This document shows positions 29,503-39,149 of a stretch of 64,000 nt of DNA, piece by piece. Numbering within the stretch: the first letter of the stretch is position 1; the number at the start of each line of letters is the position of its first letter. The notes under the pieces are model-generated. The model ran no database searches and was not told where the DNA came from. It saw only the letters and a program-made list of their open reading frames with translations. Source of the stretch: Nitrososphaerota archaeon (GTDB lineage Archaea > Thermoproteota > Nitrososphaeria_A > Caldarchaeales > Calditenuaceae); assembly GCA_038845265.1 (NCBI GenBank), contig JAWBQR010000002.1, positions 1-64,000 on the forward strand. Direction: 5' to 3'. The translations under genes were made by a program, and so were the position numbers.

Positions 29503-30630
29503 ATGAAAATTAAGAATGTTCGTTTAATTCCATTAATGACGAAGGAGGAATCCATCTCGGCTGGGCCTGGCGCAGCATTAATCGAGGTTGAGACAGACGA
29601 AGGAATAACAGGTATTGGTGAGACATGTATACATAGTGAGCGTGGAGAAGCAGCGGTAGCAGCTCAGAAAATCGTAGAGGTGGGCTTTAAACCACTACTA
29701 GTTGGTGAAGATCCACTGGATATTCAGAGGCTCTGGCATAAATTATACAGTTATTGTGAATGGTATGGAAGGGCCGGCGTCTCCATTTATGCCCTTAGTG
29801 GAATAGACGTGGCGCTATGGGACATATGTGGAAAGGCATTAGGCGTGCCAATCTACACTCTCTTGGGAGGCAAGTTTAGGGACAAAATACCAGTCTATGC
29901 AAGTCTCTTATTTGATATGGATGATCCTGAAGGCACAGCAAGAATGGGCAAGGAGTATGTGAAGCAAGGATACAAAGCCGTCAAGTATGGATGGGGAAAG
30001 ACGCGTGAACGCGCATTTGGTATGAATCCGGACAAGGACGAAGAAATGATTAGGACTATCCGTGAGGTCCTAGGCCCACAAATACAGATAATGGTCGACG
30101 TTGGTAGGTTCGTTAATCTTACTCCGGCGCAAGCTATCAAGTTAGCCAAAAGGTTAGAGAAATATAATATATTTTGGCTGGAAGAGCCTCTTCCGCCAGA
30201 GGATGTTATAGGTTACAAGCTCCTCTCAAATGCTGTTGATGTATACATAGCTGCAGGTGAGAGTGAGTATAATATTCAAGGCTTTAAGGAATATATTACT
30301 AAAAGAGCGGTCGACATAATTCAGCCTGACGTTACTAAAGCAGGCGGATTAACCATTGTTAGGAAAATAGTAGATTTATGCGAAGCGTGGAATTTGCTTA
30401 TGGTCCCGCATGGATTCAGCTCTGTTGTAAATGTTGCAGCGAATCTACAGCTAGTGGCATCGATGCCTCGCGCATTTATACTTGAGTATAGGCGGACACC
30501 AAGCCCATTAATATCAAGGCTTGCTAAAAAGCCCCTAGTTTACGAGGATGGGCATCTTAAGATACCGAGTGAACCTGGACTAGGAATCGAGATTGATTAC
30601 TCAGTAGTAGAGGAATGTGAGATAAAGTAA
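29503..30630 (+). CDS. Mandelate racemase/muconate lactonizing (enolase superfamily) enzyme
   Basis: GIDVALWD, MVD, WLEEP, AGE, QPD, PH motifs. Confidence 0.93.
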   Translation: MKIKNVRLIPLMTKEESISAGPGAALIEVETDEGITGIGETCIHSERGEAAVAAQKIVEVGFKPLLVGEDPLDIQRLWHKLYSYCEWYGRAGVSIYALSGIDVALWDICGKALGVPIYTLLGGKFRDKIPVYASLLFDMDDPEGTARMGKEYVKQGYKAVKYGWGKTRERAFGMNPDKDEEMIRTIREVLGPQIQIMVDVGRFVNLTPAQAIKLAKRLEKYNIFWLEEPLPPEDVIGYKLLSNAVDVYIAAGESEYNIQGFKEYITKRAVDIIQPDVTKAGGLTIVRKIVDLCEAWNLLMVPHGFSSVVNVAANLQLVASMPRAFILEYRRTPSPLISRLAKKPLVYEDGHLKIPSEPGLGIEIDYSVVEECEIK

Positions 30631-30650
30631 ATTAAAACAAAAATATTTTT

Positions 30651-32261
30651 TTATTCTGGTGGAATGGACTTAAAGATTAGGTCTATATCTATTCCTTGTC
30701 TCTTTCTGATTGCTCTTACTACCCAGTAGAGAACGAAGGGTATCAGGAATGTGAAGATAAGTAGCAGAGTTGATGGTAGTCCCATTCCTAGCTCTGGCGT
30801 AATTGTGAAGAATAGTACTGCTGCTCCATTATAGATGAATCCAAGTATTCCCCCAATAACTATGAGCGGTATCGGGCCTATCTTATATTTATTCGCAGGG
30901 GACAATGACCAGAGTTCCTTCCTAAGTGGTAATAATGCAGCGGAAAGGCAAAGAATAGCTATCGGTATGAGTGTTGTGTCCCATGCTGCTGTGTTAAAGA
31001 ATGCTAGGTACTCGATGAAATATATGAAGAGAACCATGAATATACATGCGACGATCAAATTTATGATGATGCTCCAGATTGGCGTGTGGTATTTATCGCT
31101 TACCTCAGAGACTTTTTCAGGTATTAACCTGTCAAAGGACCATGCGAACCACTCTCTTGTTACTATTAACCAGTTAGCTGGGAAGTATGCTAAGACGCCG
31201 CAAATTGTGCCTATCATGATTATGAATTGAATTACTGGGTTATCTGCAATCATCATTGGTATTAATGTCATTGCGTATGCAGGCATCGCTGGTACTCCTT
31301 CAAAGAATGCAGGGTTATTCGTCAATATCTGGGTCATCGCAACTAGGAAGTCTCTACCAAGCAGTGCCTGTGCCAGGCCGGATGTTAATCCTACAATCAG
31401 TGCAATCAACGTGCTTGGAATCCACATTGATATCAACTGCATCTTTATGTCACTTGCTCTTCTTACCTCGCCTACGGCCCATGAGTTCCAGTAAGTATTG
31501 AATGAACCGGCTGTAAATGCTATTGCAGCCATTATCGGCACAAACGCGTATACTGGTGGGATCATGGCCTCTGGATAGGATGCTCTTGCCTCTGCTAAAA
31601 TGCTGTTGAAGTCTGTGTGTAGATATTTCGGTAAAACTACCTCAAGTTGAGATCTCGAGGTGGTGGCCCAGAGCGCTATTATGATGATGATCGCTATGAA
31701 CATTATTATCGTGATCGGTAACTGGAATGTCCTGACTAGTTTTCTGGTGCCTAGCGCTGCTATAAGGCTCGTAGGGACAAGCATCAGGAAGCCTGCTAGC
31801 ACTGCCCACTCGGGCTGAGCCAAGGCGAAGGCTGCATCTACAAACGCCTTGATGCCTGATGAGACTCCAATAGTGTATAGCCCAGGGATCAACGCCCAAG
31901 TTATCATGAATCCTGGATATAGCGCGAGTGCCATTATCCAGCCAAGCCACATCAGCACCTCAGCCGGCCAACCAATCGCTGGGTGAATGATCCTGCTGTT
32001 AGCTATGTATGGAGCAGCTGAGCGCGGAAACGTTGCGGCTATAAAAGAGTAAGATACGAGTGATCCGAGCATCGTGAATAGCCATCCACCGATGATGGCT
32101 AGCATTACGTCGCCGCCCTTAACTGCAAAGAAGACCCACCAAGGCGTCAGAACTATCGCTGCTAATGGTACTACGCCGTTCATGTTCGTGATAAGATGGT
32201 CGAGAAATCCTATCTCCCTTACAAGGCCAGTTGACTCTCTAACGAAAACTTTACTGGCCAT
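30651..32261 (-). CDS. APC family permease
   Basis: FVRESTGLVREI N-terminus, ~12 TMs, REWFAWSFDR, FKSIPPE C-terminus; start moved to ATG 32261. Confidence 0.9.
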   Translation of the reverse strand: MASKVFVRESTGLVREIGFLDHLITNMNGVVPLAAIVLTPWWVFFAVKGGDVMLAIIGGWLFTMLGSLVSYSFIAATFPRSAAPYIANSRIIHPAIGWPAEVLMWLGWIMALALYPGFMITWALIPGLYTIGVSSGIKAFVDAAFALAQPEWAVLAGFLMLVPTSLIAALGTRKLVRTFQLPITIIMFIAIIIIIALWATTSRSQLEVVLPKYLHTDFNSILAEARASYPEAMIPPVYAFVPIMAAIAFTAGSFNTYWNSWAVGEVRRASDIKMQLISMWIPSTLIALIVGLTSGLAQALLGRDFLVAMTQILTNNPAFFEGVPAMPAYAMTLIPMMIADNPVIQFIIMIGTICGVLAYFPANWLIVTREWFAWSFDRLIPEKVSEVSDKYHTPIWSIIINLIVACIFMVLFIYFIEYLAFFNTAAWDTTLIPIAILCLSAALLPLRKELWSLSPANKYKIGPIPLIVIGGILGFIYNGAAVLFFTITPELGMGLPSTLLLIFTFLIPFVLYWVVRAIRKRQGIDIDLIFKSIPPE

Positions 32262-32370
32262 TTTCACATCAAATTTATCAAATAATGAGTTATATATATG
32301 CATTTCCAAACATATAAATTACTGACAAGACGGATAGTATAATAACTATTTATTAAAATTTTCTATAATT

Positions 32371-33549
32371 TTAGAATGGTTCGACTCTATATTTTTCTAT
32401 TGTTCTTTCATTTAGTTTGAACCCTAGTCCTGGTTTTTTTGGCACTTCTATGTATCCGTCTTTTGGCATTGGTGTTGGTTCTATAAGTTCAGATATTAGT
32501 GGTGAGTAGGGATGGGGACTAGGCATCTCAATGTATGGCATATTTGGTACAACGGCTGCGAGATGAATCTCAGCAGCTACGCCAATCATCCATGCATATG
32601 AATGTGGTATGCAGAGTTTTCCTTTCTCATACGCCATTGAGGCAATTCTAAGCATTTCAGTAATTCCACCCGTTCTAACTGCGCTTGGTTGAACTACATC
32701 GACTTTTCCCTTTTCAATTAATTCTTTAAATTCAAACCGTGTTGTGAAGCCCCCGTCCCCGCAGGCTATACGTGTCTCGACTGAGTCTGCCAGCATTGCG
32801 TATGCCTCTAATGAATCTGGTGGAAGCGGTGCCTCGACGAAGTAGACATTAAATGGCTCGATTGCTTTTATACTGGATAATGCCCTTGTATAATCATTCC
32901 AGATATATTGAACATCTATCATGAGGTCTCGATTGCTGCCAATGGCTTCTCTCGCTGCCTGAACCAACTCAACATCATGCTTTACATCTTTTCTACCGAA
33001 TCCATCCTGACTTTCCTCCATTTTAACTGCTTCGAAACCTGCACCAATTGCGAGTGATAAGTTTCTCTTTACTTCTTCGGGGCTGCTTCCTGAAGGATAA
33101 ACCGTTGCATAGGGCTTTACGCGAAGCTTAGGCCCCATAATGTCTTGGTCCATGCGTGCAACATTACAAGCGCTCCAGATTAGTTCGAAGACGGGTTTTC
33201 CCAAAATTTTTCCTTTAATATCCCATAGCGCTGTGTCGATAGCAGTCATGACAGCTATTCCCGCTCCTCTACGCCCGTATAGCCACATGCTTGCATACAT
33301 TTTATGCCATAGTCTCTCTATATTCATTGGATCTTCACCAAGAAGTACTCTTTCTAATCCACCTTGATAATATCCAGTAATTTCCCATTCTCTTGTCTTT
33401 ATGAACGCCGAGGCAATCATTGCAGGAATTTCTACCTGCCCTATTCCTTCAACTCCTTCGTCAGTATGTACACGTATTATGCATGCACTCTTAACGACCT
33501 CTGCTTCAGGAGCATAGAGAGGTATAACTTCAACCTCAGTTATCTTCAC
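32371..33549 (-). CDS. Second enolase-superfamily (mandelate racemase-like) enzyme
   Basis: AIDTALWD, MID, FVEAP, PHSY, PGLG. Confidence 0.9.
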   Translation of the reverse strand: MKITEVEVIPLYAPEAEVVKSACIIRVHTDEGVEGIGQVEIPAMIASAFIKTREWEITGYYQGGLERVLLGEDPMNIERLWHKMYASMWLYGRRGAGIAVMTAIDTALWDIKGKILGKPVFELIWSACNVARMDQDIMGPKLRVKPYATVYPSGSSPEEVKRNLSLAIGAGFEAVKMEESQDGFGRKDVKHDVELVQAAREAIGSNRDLMIDVQYIWNDYTRALSSIKAIEPFNVYFVEAPLPPDSLEAYAMLADSVETRIACGDGGFTTRFEFKELIEKGKVDVVQPSAVRTGGITEMLRIASMAYEKGKLCIPHSYAWMIGVAAEIHLAAVVPNMPYIEMPSPHPYSPLISELIEPTPMPKDGYIEVPKKPGLGFKLNERTIEKYRVEPF

Positions 33550-33609
33550 AAATATTATGTTAACTTATTCCTTTTTATAAGCCTTAAACAATTTTAAAAT
33601 GATGAATCA

Positions 33610-34350
33610 ATGGAACTGGCTGAAGTTCTCGAGAGAATCATGAACGGTTTGAGTTCCGGCAAAACATTAATAATTGTAGGTAGGATGTATGCTCATTATT
33701 TGGGGAGGTCAACTAGTTGGCTTACGGAAGGAGATAGGCTGCTTATAATCAAGAGCGATAAATCAATTTTACTTCATAGACCAACGGGATACGAGCCCGT
33801 AAATTGGCAGCCGCCAGGAGTAGTAATAAATGCACAAATAACGGAAGAGGGTCTCATACTAGAGTGCAGCCGCAAATCGCCACCAGAAATTCTGAAGATA
33901 ATAATCACCGAAGTTTACTCCGTGGAGTCTTATAAATTGATTGATAAAGGTGAATTTACTATTCACGCGAGAGAAGAAGACATGAAGATGGCCATAATTG
34001 AGTCACCGAGCATCATTGAGCCTGGGTTAAAGATTATCGAGACTGAAAGGAGGATTGGTAATGAATATATTGATGTACTAGCCGTGGACTCAGCTGGACA
34101 AATAGTTATAATTGAGATAAAACGTAGAAGAGCAACGAAACAAGACATAGAACAGATAGCACACTATGCTAGCCTGCTCGAAGAAGAATTAGGAAGGACC
34201 CCCAGAAAGATTCTAGTAGCTCCCTCAATTTCGAAAGAAGCAGCATCACTAGGCATGATCTTAAGAGTAGAGTATAAGTGTTTTTCGCCCAGACTAGCAT
34301 ATGAGATACTTTCAAAAAAGAAAGGATTAGATAAATTCCTTAAAAATTGA
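33610..34350 (+). CDS. nucS: Endonuclease NucS/EndoMS
   Basis: YLGRSTS, PVNWQPPG, IDVLA, EIKR, QIAHY. Confidence 0.95.
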   Translation: MELAEVLERIMNGLSSGKTLIIVGRMYAHYLGRSTSWLTEGDRLLIIKSDKSILLHRPTGYEPVNWQPPGVVINAQITEEGLILECSRKSPPEILKIIITEVYSVESYKLIDKGEFTIHAREEDMKMAIIESPSIIEPGLKIIETERRIGNEYIDVLAVDSAGQIVIIEIKRRRATKQDIEQIAHYASLLEEELGRTPRKILVAPSISKEAASLGMILRVEYKCFSPRLAYEILSKKKGLDKFLKN

Positions 34351-34394
34351 TAATAAAGCTTAATTTAAGCTAACTATCTACTAATGATGGGGGT

Positions 34395-35873
34395 TTGTCC
34401 CATAACTCATCTTCAATCGGGTTTAATCTGATTCAGCAACTAGTCCTAGGGCCTAGGCAGCGTCTCATATTAAGGCTAGGCTTCTTGAGGTGCAGTAAAT
34501 GTAAATCCAGGCCAATAGACATTCTTTTTGATGAGTATTTAGGAAAGCAACATAAGGAATGCATAAAATGCAAATCAGTAGTCTCAATTCTACGTTTTTT
34601 CATTGATTTTTCATTAAAAGTTATGCATATACCAAGTGAGTCTCTTCACAGAGTATTAGATATACCATATTGGAGAAAAGGAATAGTAGCGACAATAAAG
34701 GGACTAGCATACTTCGGTGCAAATAAACCAATCACTACTGGTGCCCCTCTCTTTGTGGTATGGAACTTTACAAATAAATGTAATTTGAGATGTAAGCACT
34801 GCTATCAAAATGCTGGTCACTCTCTCTCAAACGAATTAAATACTAATGAGGCACTAGGAGTGGTGAAGGACCTCTCGAATTCAGACGTTTCATCGATAGC
34901 CTTCTCTGGTGGTGAACCATTACTAAGACTTGACTTCTTTAAAGTTGCTAACTACGCAAAAGATTGCGGAATGTATGTAGCCGTAGCTACAAATGGAACC
35001 TTAATAACTAGCGATATTGCAAAAAAGCTTTCAAAAACGGTCCACTATGTCGAGATAAGTTTAGACGGTGCTACGCCTAGGGTGCATGATGATTTTAGAG
35101 GCGTTTCTGGTAGTTGGGAGAGAGCAATTACCGGAATTAAATACCTCATAAACGAGGGAGTTACCGTTGGAATAGCAACTACTGCGACTAAAAACAACGT
35201 CGACGAAATGCATAGAATAATTGACTTAGCCGAACAGTTAGATGCAGATTACTTCATATGCTTTAATTTTATCCCCACAGGTAGGGGTCAAAAAATAATA
35301 CATTCAGATCTTTCTCCCCTCGAACGTGAGGAACTGCTTCGAAGTCTTTATAGACGACTAATTCTTAACATGATAAACAAGAAGAAGACTCAGATCTATA
35401 GTACGGCTCCCCAATTTGCTAGGGTTGGATTAGAGATGCAAAGACAAATTATAAATGAATTATGTCTGGGTCTTTCTGGATTTCAGCCGATTATACCTGC
35501 ATCACATTATGCCAATCTTCCTGGATTGACCCCTGCTTTAGCTGAATTCATAGGTGGATGTGGTGCAGGGCGTGTCTATGCTGCCATAAGTCCTGAGGGA
35601 GACGTATATCCCTGTGTATTCATGCCTATAAAGCTAGGCAGCCTCAGAAAACATAGATTTGAGCACATCTGGTTATACTCACCAGTTCTAAACGAGTTAA
35701 GGGATAGGAATAATTTGAAGGGTGGTTGTAGTATTTGTCCATACAAGTATGTATGTGGAGGCTGCAGGGCAAGGGCTTATGGATATTTCGGAGACTACCT
35801 CATGCATGATCCAGGATGCATCAGGAGAATAATCGCGGATAAATTCCAACAACTGCAAATGATAAAATCATGA
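34395..35873 (+). CDS. Radical SAM/SPASM protein with N-terminal Cys-containing extension
   Basis: CNLRCKHC, SGGEP, GCGAG..YPC..CSIC..CGGCRARAY. Confidence 0.92.
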   Translation: MSHNSSSIGFNLIQQLVLGPRQRLILRLGFLRCSKCKSRPIDILFDEYLGKQHKECIKCKSVVSILRFFIDFSLKVMHIPSESLHRVLDIPYWRKGIVATIKGLAYFGANKPITTGAPLFVVWNFTNKCNLRCKHCYQNAGHSLSNELNTNEALGVVKDLSNSDVSSIAFSGGEPLLRLDFFKVANYAKDCGMYVAVATNGTLITSDIAKKLSKTVHYVEISLDGATPRVHDDFRGVSGSWERAITGIKYLINEGVTVGIATTATKNNVDEMHRIIDLAEQLDADYFICFNFIPTGRGQKIIHSDLSPLEREELLRSLYRRLILNMINKKKTQIYSTAPQFARVGLEMQRQIINELCLGLSGFQPIIPASHYANLPGLTPALAEFIGGCGAGRVYAAISPEGDVYPCVFMPIKLGSLRKHRFEHIWLYSPVLNELRDRNNLKGGCSICPYKYVCGGCRARAYGYFGDYLMHDPGCIRRIIADKFQQLQMIKS

Positions 35874-35889
35874 ATAAATTAAGGACCAA

Positions 35890-37122
35890 TTAGAATAGCA
35901 TGGCCTTCCCTTCCAATATTATGTCAGTTATCCTTGTTATGTTCTTTAACTCAGTAAGCAATATTTCAGAAACCTCATATTTTATTGCTGAGTTGATCTG
36001 TCGAGATGGGATATACTGTATTGAAATTGAGAGAGGTCGGTCAATTCTTCTTCCAATCTGTGAGAGTAGCCTCACGTAGATCTCTTCAAATGCTCCGGTC
36101 TCTCTATAGATTTTATCAGCTATCCTGAATGCTATAACATTGTATATCTTTCCGACATGCGATATTGCGTTTTTACCCGCTGTAGCCTCTAGTGACATTT
36201 GTCTATTCGGAGTTATTAGTCCGGACGCCCTATTACCCCTGCCGGTATTCCCATCGTCTCCATGCTCGGCAGATGTTCCAGTAACAGTAAGATATATCGA
36301 ACTATTCTCTGGGTCTCCTTCCACAATCTTGTCTGCAGTGTTAACATACACATCGACCGGGCAATTTTCAACGAGTTTAGCGGCTAAATCTGAGACTCTA
36401 TCAGCTATCTCCTCTTTTACAGATATGTAGTGGTCAAGGTCTGGTGTCAGGTGTGAGACTATTCCGTCAGCGATAGTCAGTACAATCTTGTCTTTCATTC
36501 TTATGCCCATGACTTTACAGTCTTCTCCGCTTTCTTGAATAATGCTTTTGAATCTCTGCGAGTTGATTAGTCGTTCTGTCTCTAGGACTAGCTTCTCTAG
36601 TGGAGTAAATGGTGCATATCCTACGCCGAATGAGGTATCATTAGATAATGGTATTTCTGTCTCGGCCTCTACCACGTTAATTAAGTCTTCACTTCCTTGT
36701 CTAATTTTATAATCAATGACGACATGCCTATCCGGGTCTAAGAACCTGAAGTTTTTCCTTATGAAGTTTTTCACGGCTTCTTGAACTATTCTTCCTATAG
36801 GGACTTCGTGTTTTTCACCATGTGCATTTACATGAAGAGTCGCGCGTCCGGCAATTAGTATGTATATTGGCTCGTCAACAGTCCCTCCACCCAATCTCGG
36901 CGTAGCTTTTCCACCCACCAAGAGTCCTTTGTCGAGGTTGTGATGAAGAATTCTGCCAAATTTCTCGATGTAGTATTTTGATAGTGCAACGCTTGATGCT
37001 TCACAGGCTGCATCGATCATGTAGTCTGGATGACCGAGACCCTTTCTCTCGACTATCTCAACTGCATGTTTATAGACTGGAACCCCTCTTATTCGCTCGA
37101 ATATTATCTTCGTTTTCTGCAT
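35890..37122 (-). CDS. mat: S-adenosylmethionine synthetase (archaeal)
   Basis: ERKGLGHPD, HHNLDK, NDTSFG, GRGNR, HVGKIYN. Confidence 0.97.
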   Translation of the reverse strand: MQKTKIIFERIRGVPVYKHAVEIVERKGLGHPDYMIDAACEASSVALSKYYIEKFGRILHHNLDKGLLVGGKATPRLGGGTVDEPIYILIAGRATLHVNAHGEKHEVPIGRIVQEAVKNFIRKNFRFLDPDRHVVIDYKIRQGSEDLINVVEAETEIPLSNDTSFGVGYAPFTPLEKLVLETERLINSQRFKSIIQESGEDCKVMGIRMKDKIVLTIADGIVSHLTPDLDHYISVKEEIADRVSDLAAKLVENCPVDVYVNTADKIVEGDPENSSIYLTVTGTSAEHGDDGNTGRGNRASGLITPNRQMSLEATAGKNAISHVGKIYNVIAFRIADKIYRETGAFEEIYVRLLSQIGRRIDRPLSISIQYIPSRQINSAIKYEVSEILLTELKNITRITDIILEGKAMLF

Positions 37123-37193
37123 ATCTTATCCTTCAGTGGGCATATCAAGGCAGTATTTAAGAGCATTTCAAATTTTAACACTCTGAAAAGGTG

Positions 37194-37436
37194 TTACTCC
37201 GAGTACTCGAGCTGTATGTACATTATGTTGTTTCCTCTTATGAGTATATAGGGATAGTTTGCTCTTCTGTCATTGTTGTAAAATTCCGTCGCCTTCTCGA
37301 GCACTAAATTCATGTAGTTATCAGTCTCGAGCATGACGCCACTATATGCCACCTCATTCTTCAAAGTGACCTTTATGGGCTTATCGATGTATTTCTTAAT
37401 CAATGTAAGAGGCTTTACTCCGAATTCATTGCTCAA
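37194..37436 (-). CDS. Sm-like (LSm/SmAP) protein
   Basis: Sm1 G..D.YMNLVL, Sm2 IRGNNI. Confidence 0.93.
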   Translation of the reverse strand: MSNEFGVKPLTLIKKYIDKPIKVTLKNEVAYSGVMLETDNYMNLVLEKATEFYNNDRRANYPYILIRGNNIMYIQLEYSE

Positions 37437-37479
37437 CTTGTTATTCAGATATTGCTCTGAATAACGCTAATTTAAGCAT

Positions 37480-38124
37480 TTACTTGAAGATCCTAGAGGC
37501 TAGGTCTGGAGATACTTCAAGCTCGCTGAAGCATAGTCCGCAGATATATATGTTATCGCCCAGCTTTGCCGCCTTAGCTAGATTGCCTCCACATACAGGA
37601 CAGGCTTTTTCAGGATTGCTTTCTATCTCAAGCCTGGCTCCACACTTAGTACAATTTGTTGATCCTAGGGGTAGCGTCTCTCCGCAAGAAAGACAAATAA
37701 TCGTCGTTCCTGCGGTTTTAACCTTGATTAGAGAAGCTTCTTTCTTAACACCCTGCTCCTGTAATTCTCTTTTATTTTGAGGCGTTCTGGCTGGGCTCTC
37801 GGATTCTACACCTAAACTTCTAGATAATTCTTCTTCAACTTCATGGTTGTCGACTCCAGTAATTTCGAGTTCTCTCATTTGTGTCTGTAATTCTGCCTGC
37901 CTAATCATCTCCTTAACGCCATCTCTGAAGACCATAAGCCCACTAATAGTTACGGGAGCACCACAGATGGCAAGCAGTAGATAGAGAGGAATCTCTGGAA
38001 AAATTTCTTGGCTAAGAATAGGGCCTATTCCTTGCTCAGCTACGGCCATGTATATAAGTGTAGGGATCAACGTAATACCTAGCCCTAATCCAGAAATTAA
38101 GAGTCCAAGCGTGGTCTTAGCCAG
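37480..38124 (-). CDS. Two-TM membrane protein with tandem Zn ribbons; probable CTG start
   Basis: CLSC/CTKC/CPVC/CGLC; frame stays open upstream of 38070 through a hydrophobic helix to CTG codons at 38124/38127 after GGGTGA. Confidence 0.7.
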   Translation of the reverse strand: MAKTTLGLLISGLGLGITLIPTLIYMAVAEQGIGPILSQEIFPEIPLYLLLAICGAPVTISGLMVFRDGVKEMIRQAELQTQMRELEITGVDNHEVEEELSRSLGVESESPARTPQNKRELQEQGVKKEASLIKVKTAGTTIICLSCGETLPLGSTNCTKCGARLEIESNPEKACPVCGGNLAKAAKLGDNIYICGLCFSELEVSPDLASRIFK

Positions 38125-38212
38125 CAGTCTTCTTCACCCTCTTAATTCCAGTATTAGTAAATATTAAAGTATATTTCATAATTCATCTAGCCTTGAAAAT
38201 CGCTTCAGAAAT

Positions 38213-39103
38213 TCATCGCTTCCTGTACTCTCTAAGCTTGTTAGTAAGCACTTCAAAATATTTGTCTCTATTAATAATTAAGTGATGTCTTTTCACGAAG
38301 AAGTCAATTATATTTGATAAATCGCGCACTAAATATCTCTCAGCCATTCTATGTGTAGGTCTCACCCATTGCGGCCAATCAATTATAACTATCTCATCAT
38401 TATTCTTTAGCAAGACGTTGTAAGCGCTTAGATCGCAATGTATTACCCCAGCCTCTAATGCCATCTCAATCGAATTTATTATGGACTCGAAAATTCTCAT
38501 CGGCCTTTCTAATTTTTTAATCTTAGGTAATGGGTCACCTTCAATCAGAGACGTAACGATTACGTGTCTATTCCTAGATATTGGCAGCGGAGAAGGAACG
38601 TTGTTTAAAGATAAAATCTTGAGAGCTTCTATCTCTTTTGCAGCCGTTCTTTTTGATGCTTCTAGATAACTCGGATGAGTAATTACCTCATCCCTAAACC
38701 GCACATACTTCTTCATGCTCGGACTCCCAATTCGATAAAACTTCACAGCAACTACATTCTTCTCAGAGGTCATACCGACGTAGATCTCTGCCTCTTTCCC
38801 AATTCCTATCTTTGAGCCGATGAAGCTCAAGATTCCTCTTCTTGATAAGGCGATAAGAGCGAGCGTATCTAACCCATTAAAATTTAACGTGAAACCCTTT
38901 TCTCTCCCTTTGGGTGCCCATATAAGATGCTTAGAGTGTAGTTCGTCAATAAGCTTACTAATATATTCCCTAGACTTATTAGTCTTTCTTGCTATTTGCT
39001 CTATGGAGACGATATATTTTGAACGCATAAAGTCCTCTATAGTCCTTAGTATCATTACGTGGTCATCAGTCATCTCTGCGACAAAGCTAGCAATCTCTCT
39101 CAA
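38213..39103 (-). CDS. rio2: RIO2-type serine/threonine kinase
   Basis: N-terminal wHTH, GIGKEA, VKF, IHCDLSAYNV, IDWPQ. Confidence 0.93.
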   Translation of the reverse strand: MREIASFVAEMTDDHVMILRTIEDFMRSKYIVSIEQIARKTNKSREYISKLIDELHSKHLIWAPKGREKGFTLNFNGLDTLALIALSRRGILSFIGSKIGIGKEAEIYVGMTSEKNVVAVKFYRIGSPSMKKYVRFRDEVITHPSYLEASKRTAAKEIEALKILSLNNVPSPLPISRNRHVIVTSLIEGDPLPKIKKLERPMRIFESIINSIEMALEAGVIHCDLSAYNVLLKNNDEIVIIDWPQWVRPTHRMAERYLVRDLSNIIDFFVKRHHLIINRDKYFEVLTNKLREYRKR

Positions 39104-39149
39104 GAACGTAATCTATTAATAAGTGAGGCATTTATTATTATTTTTTGGT

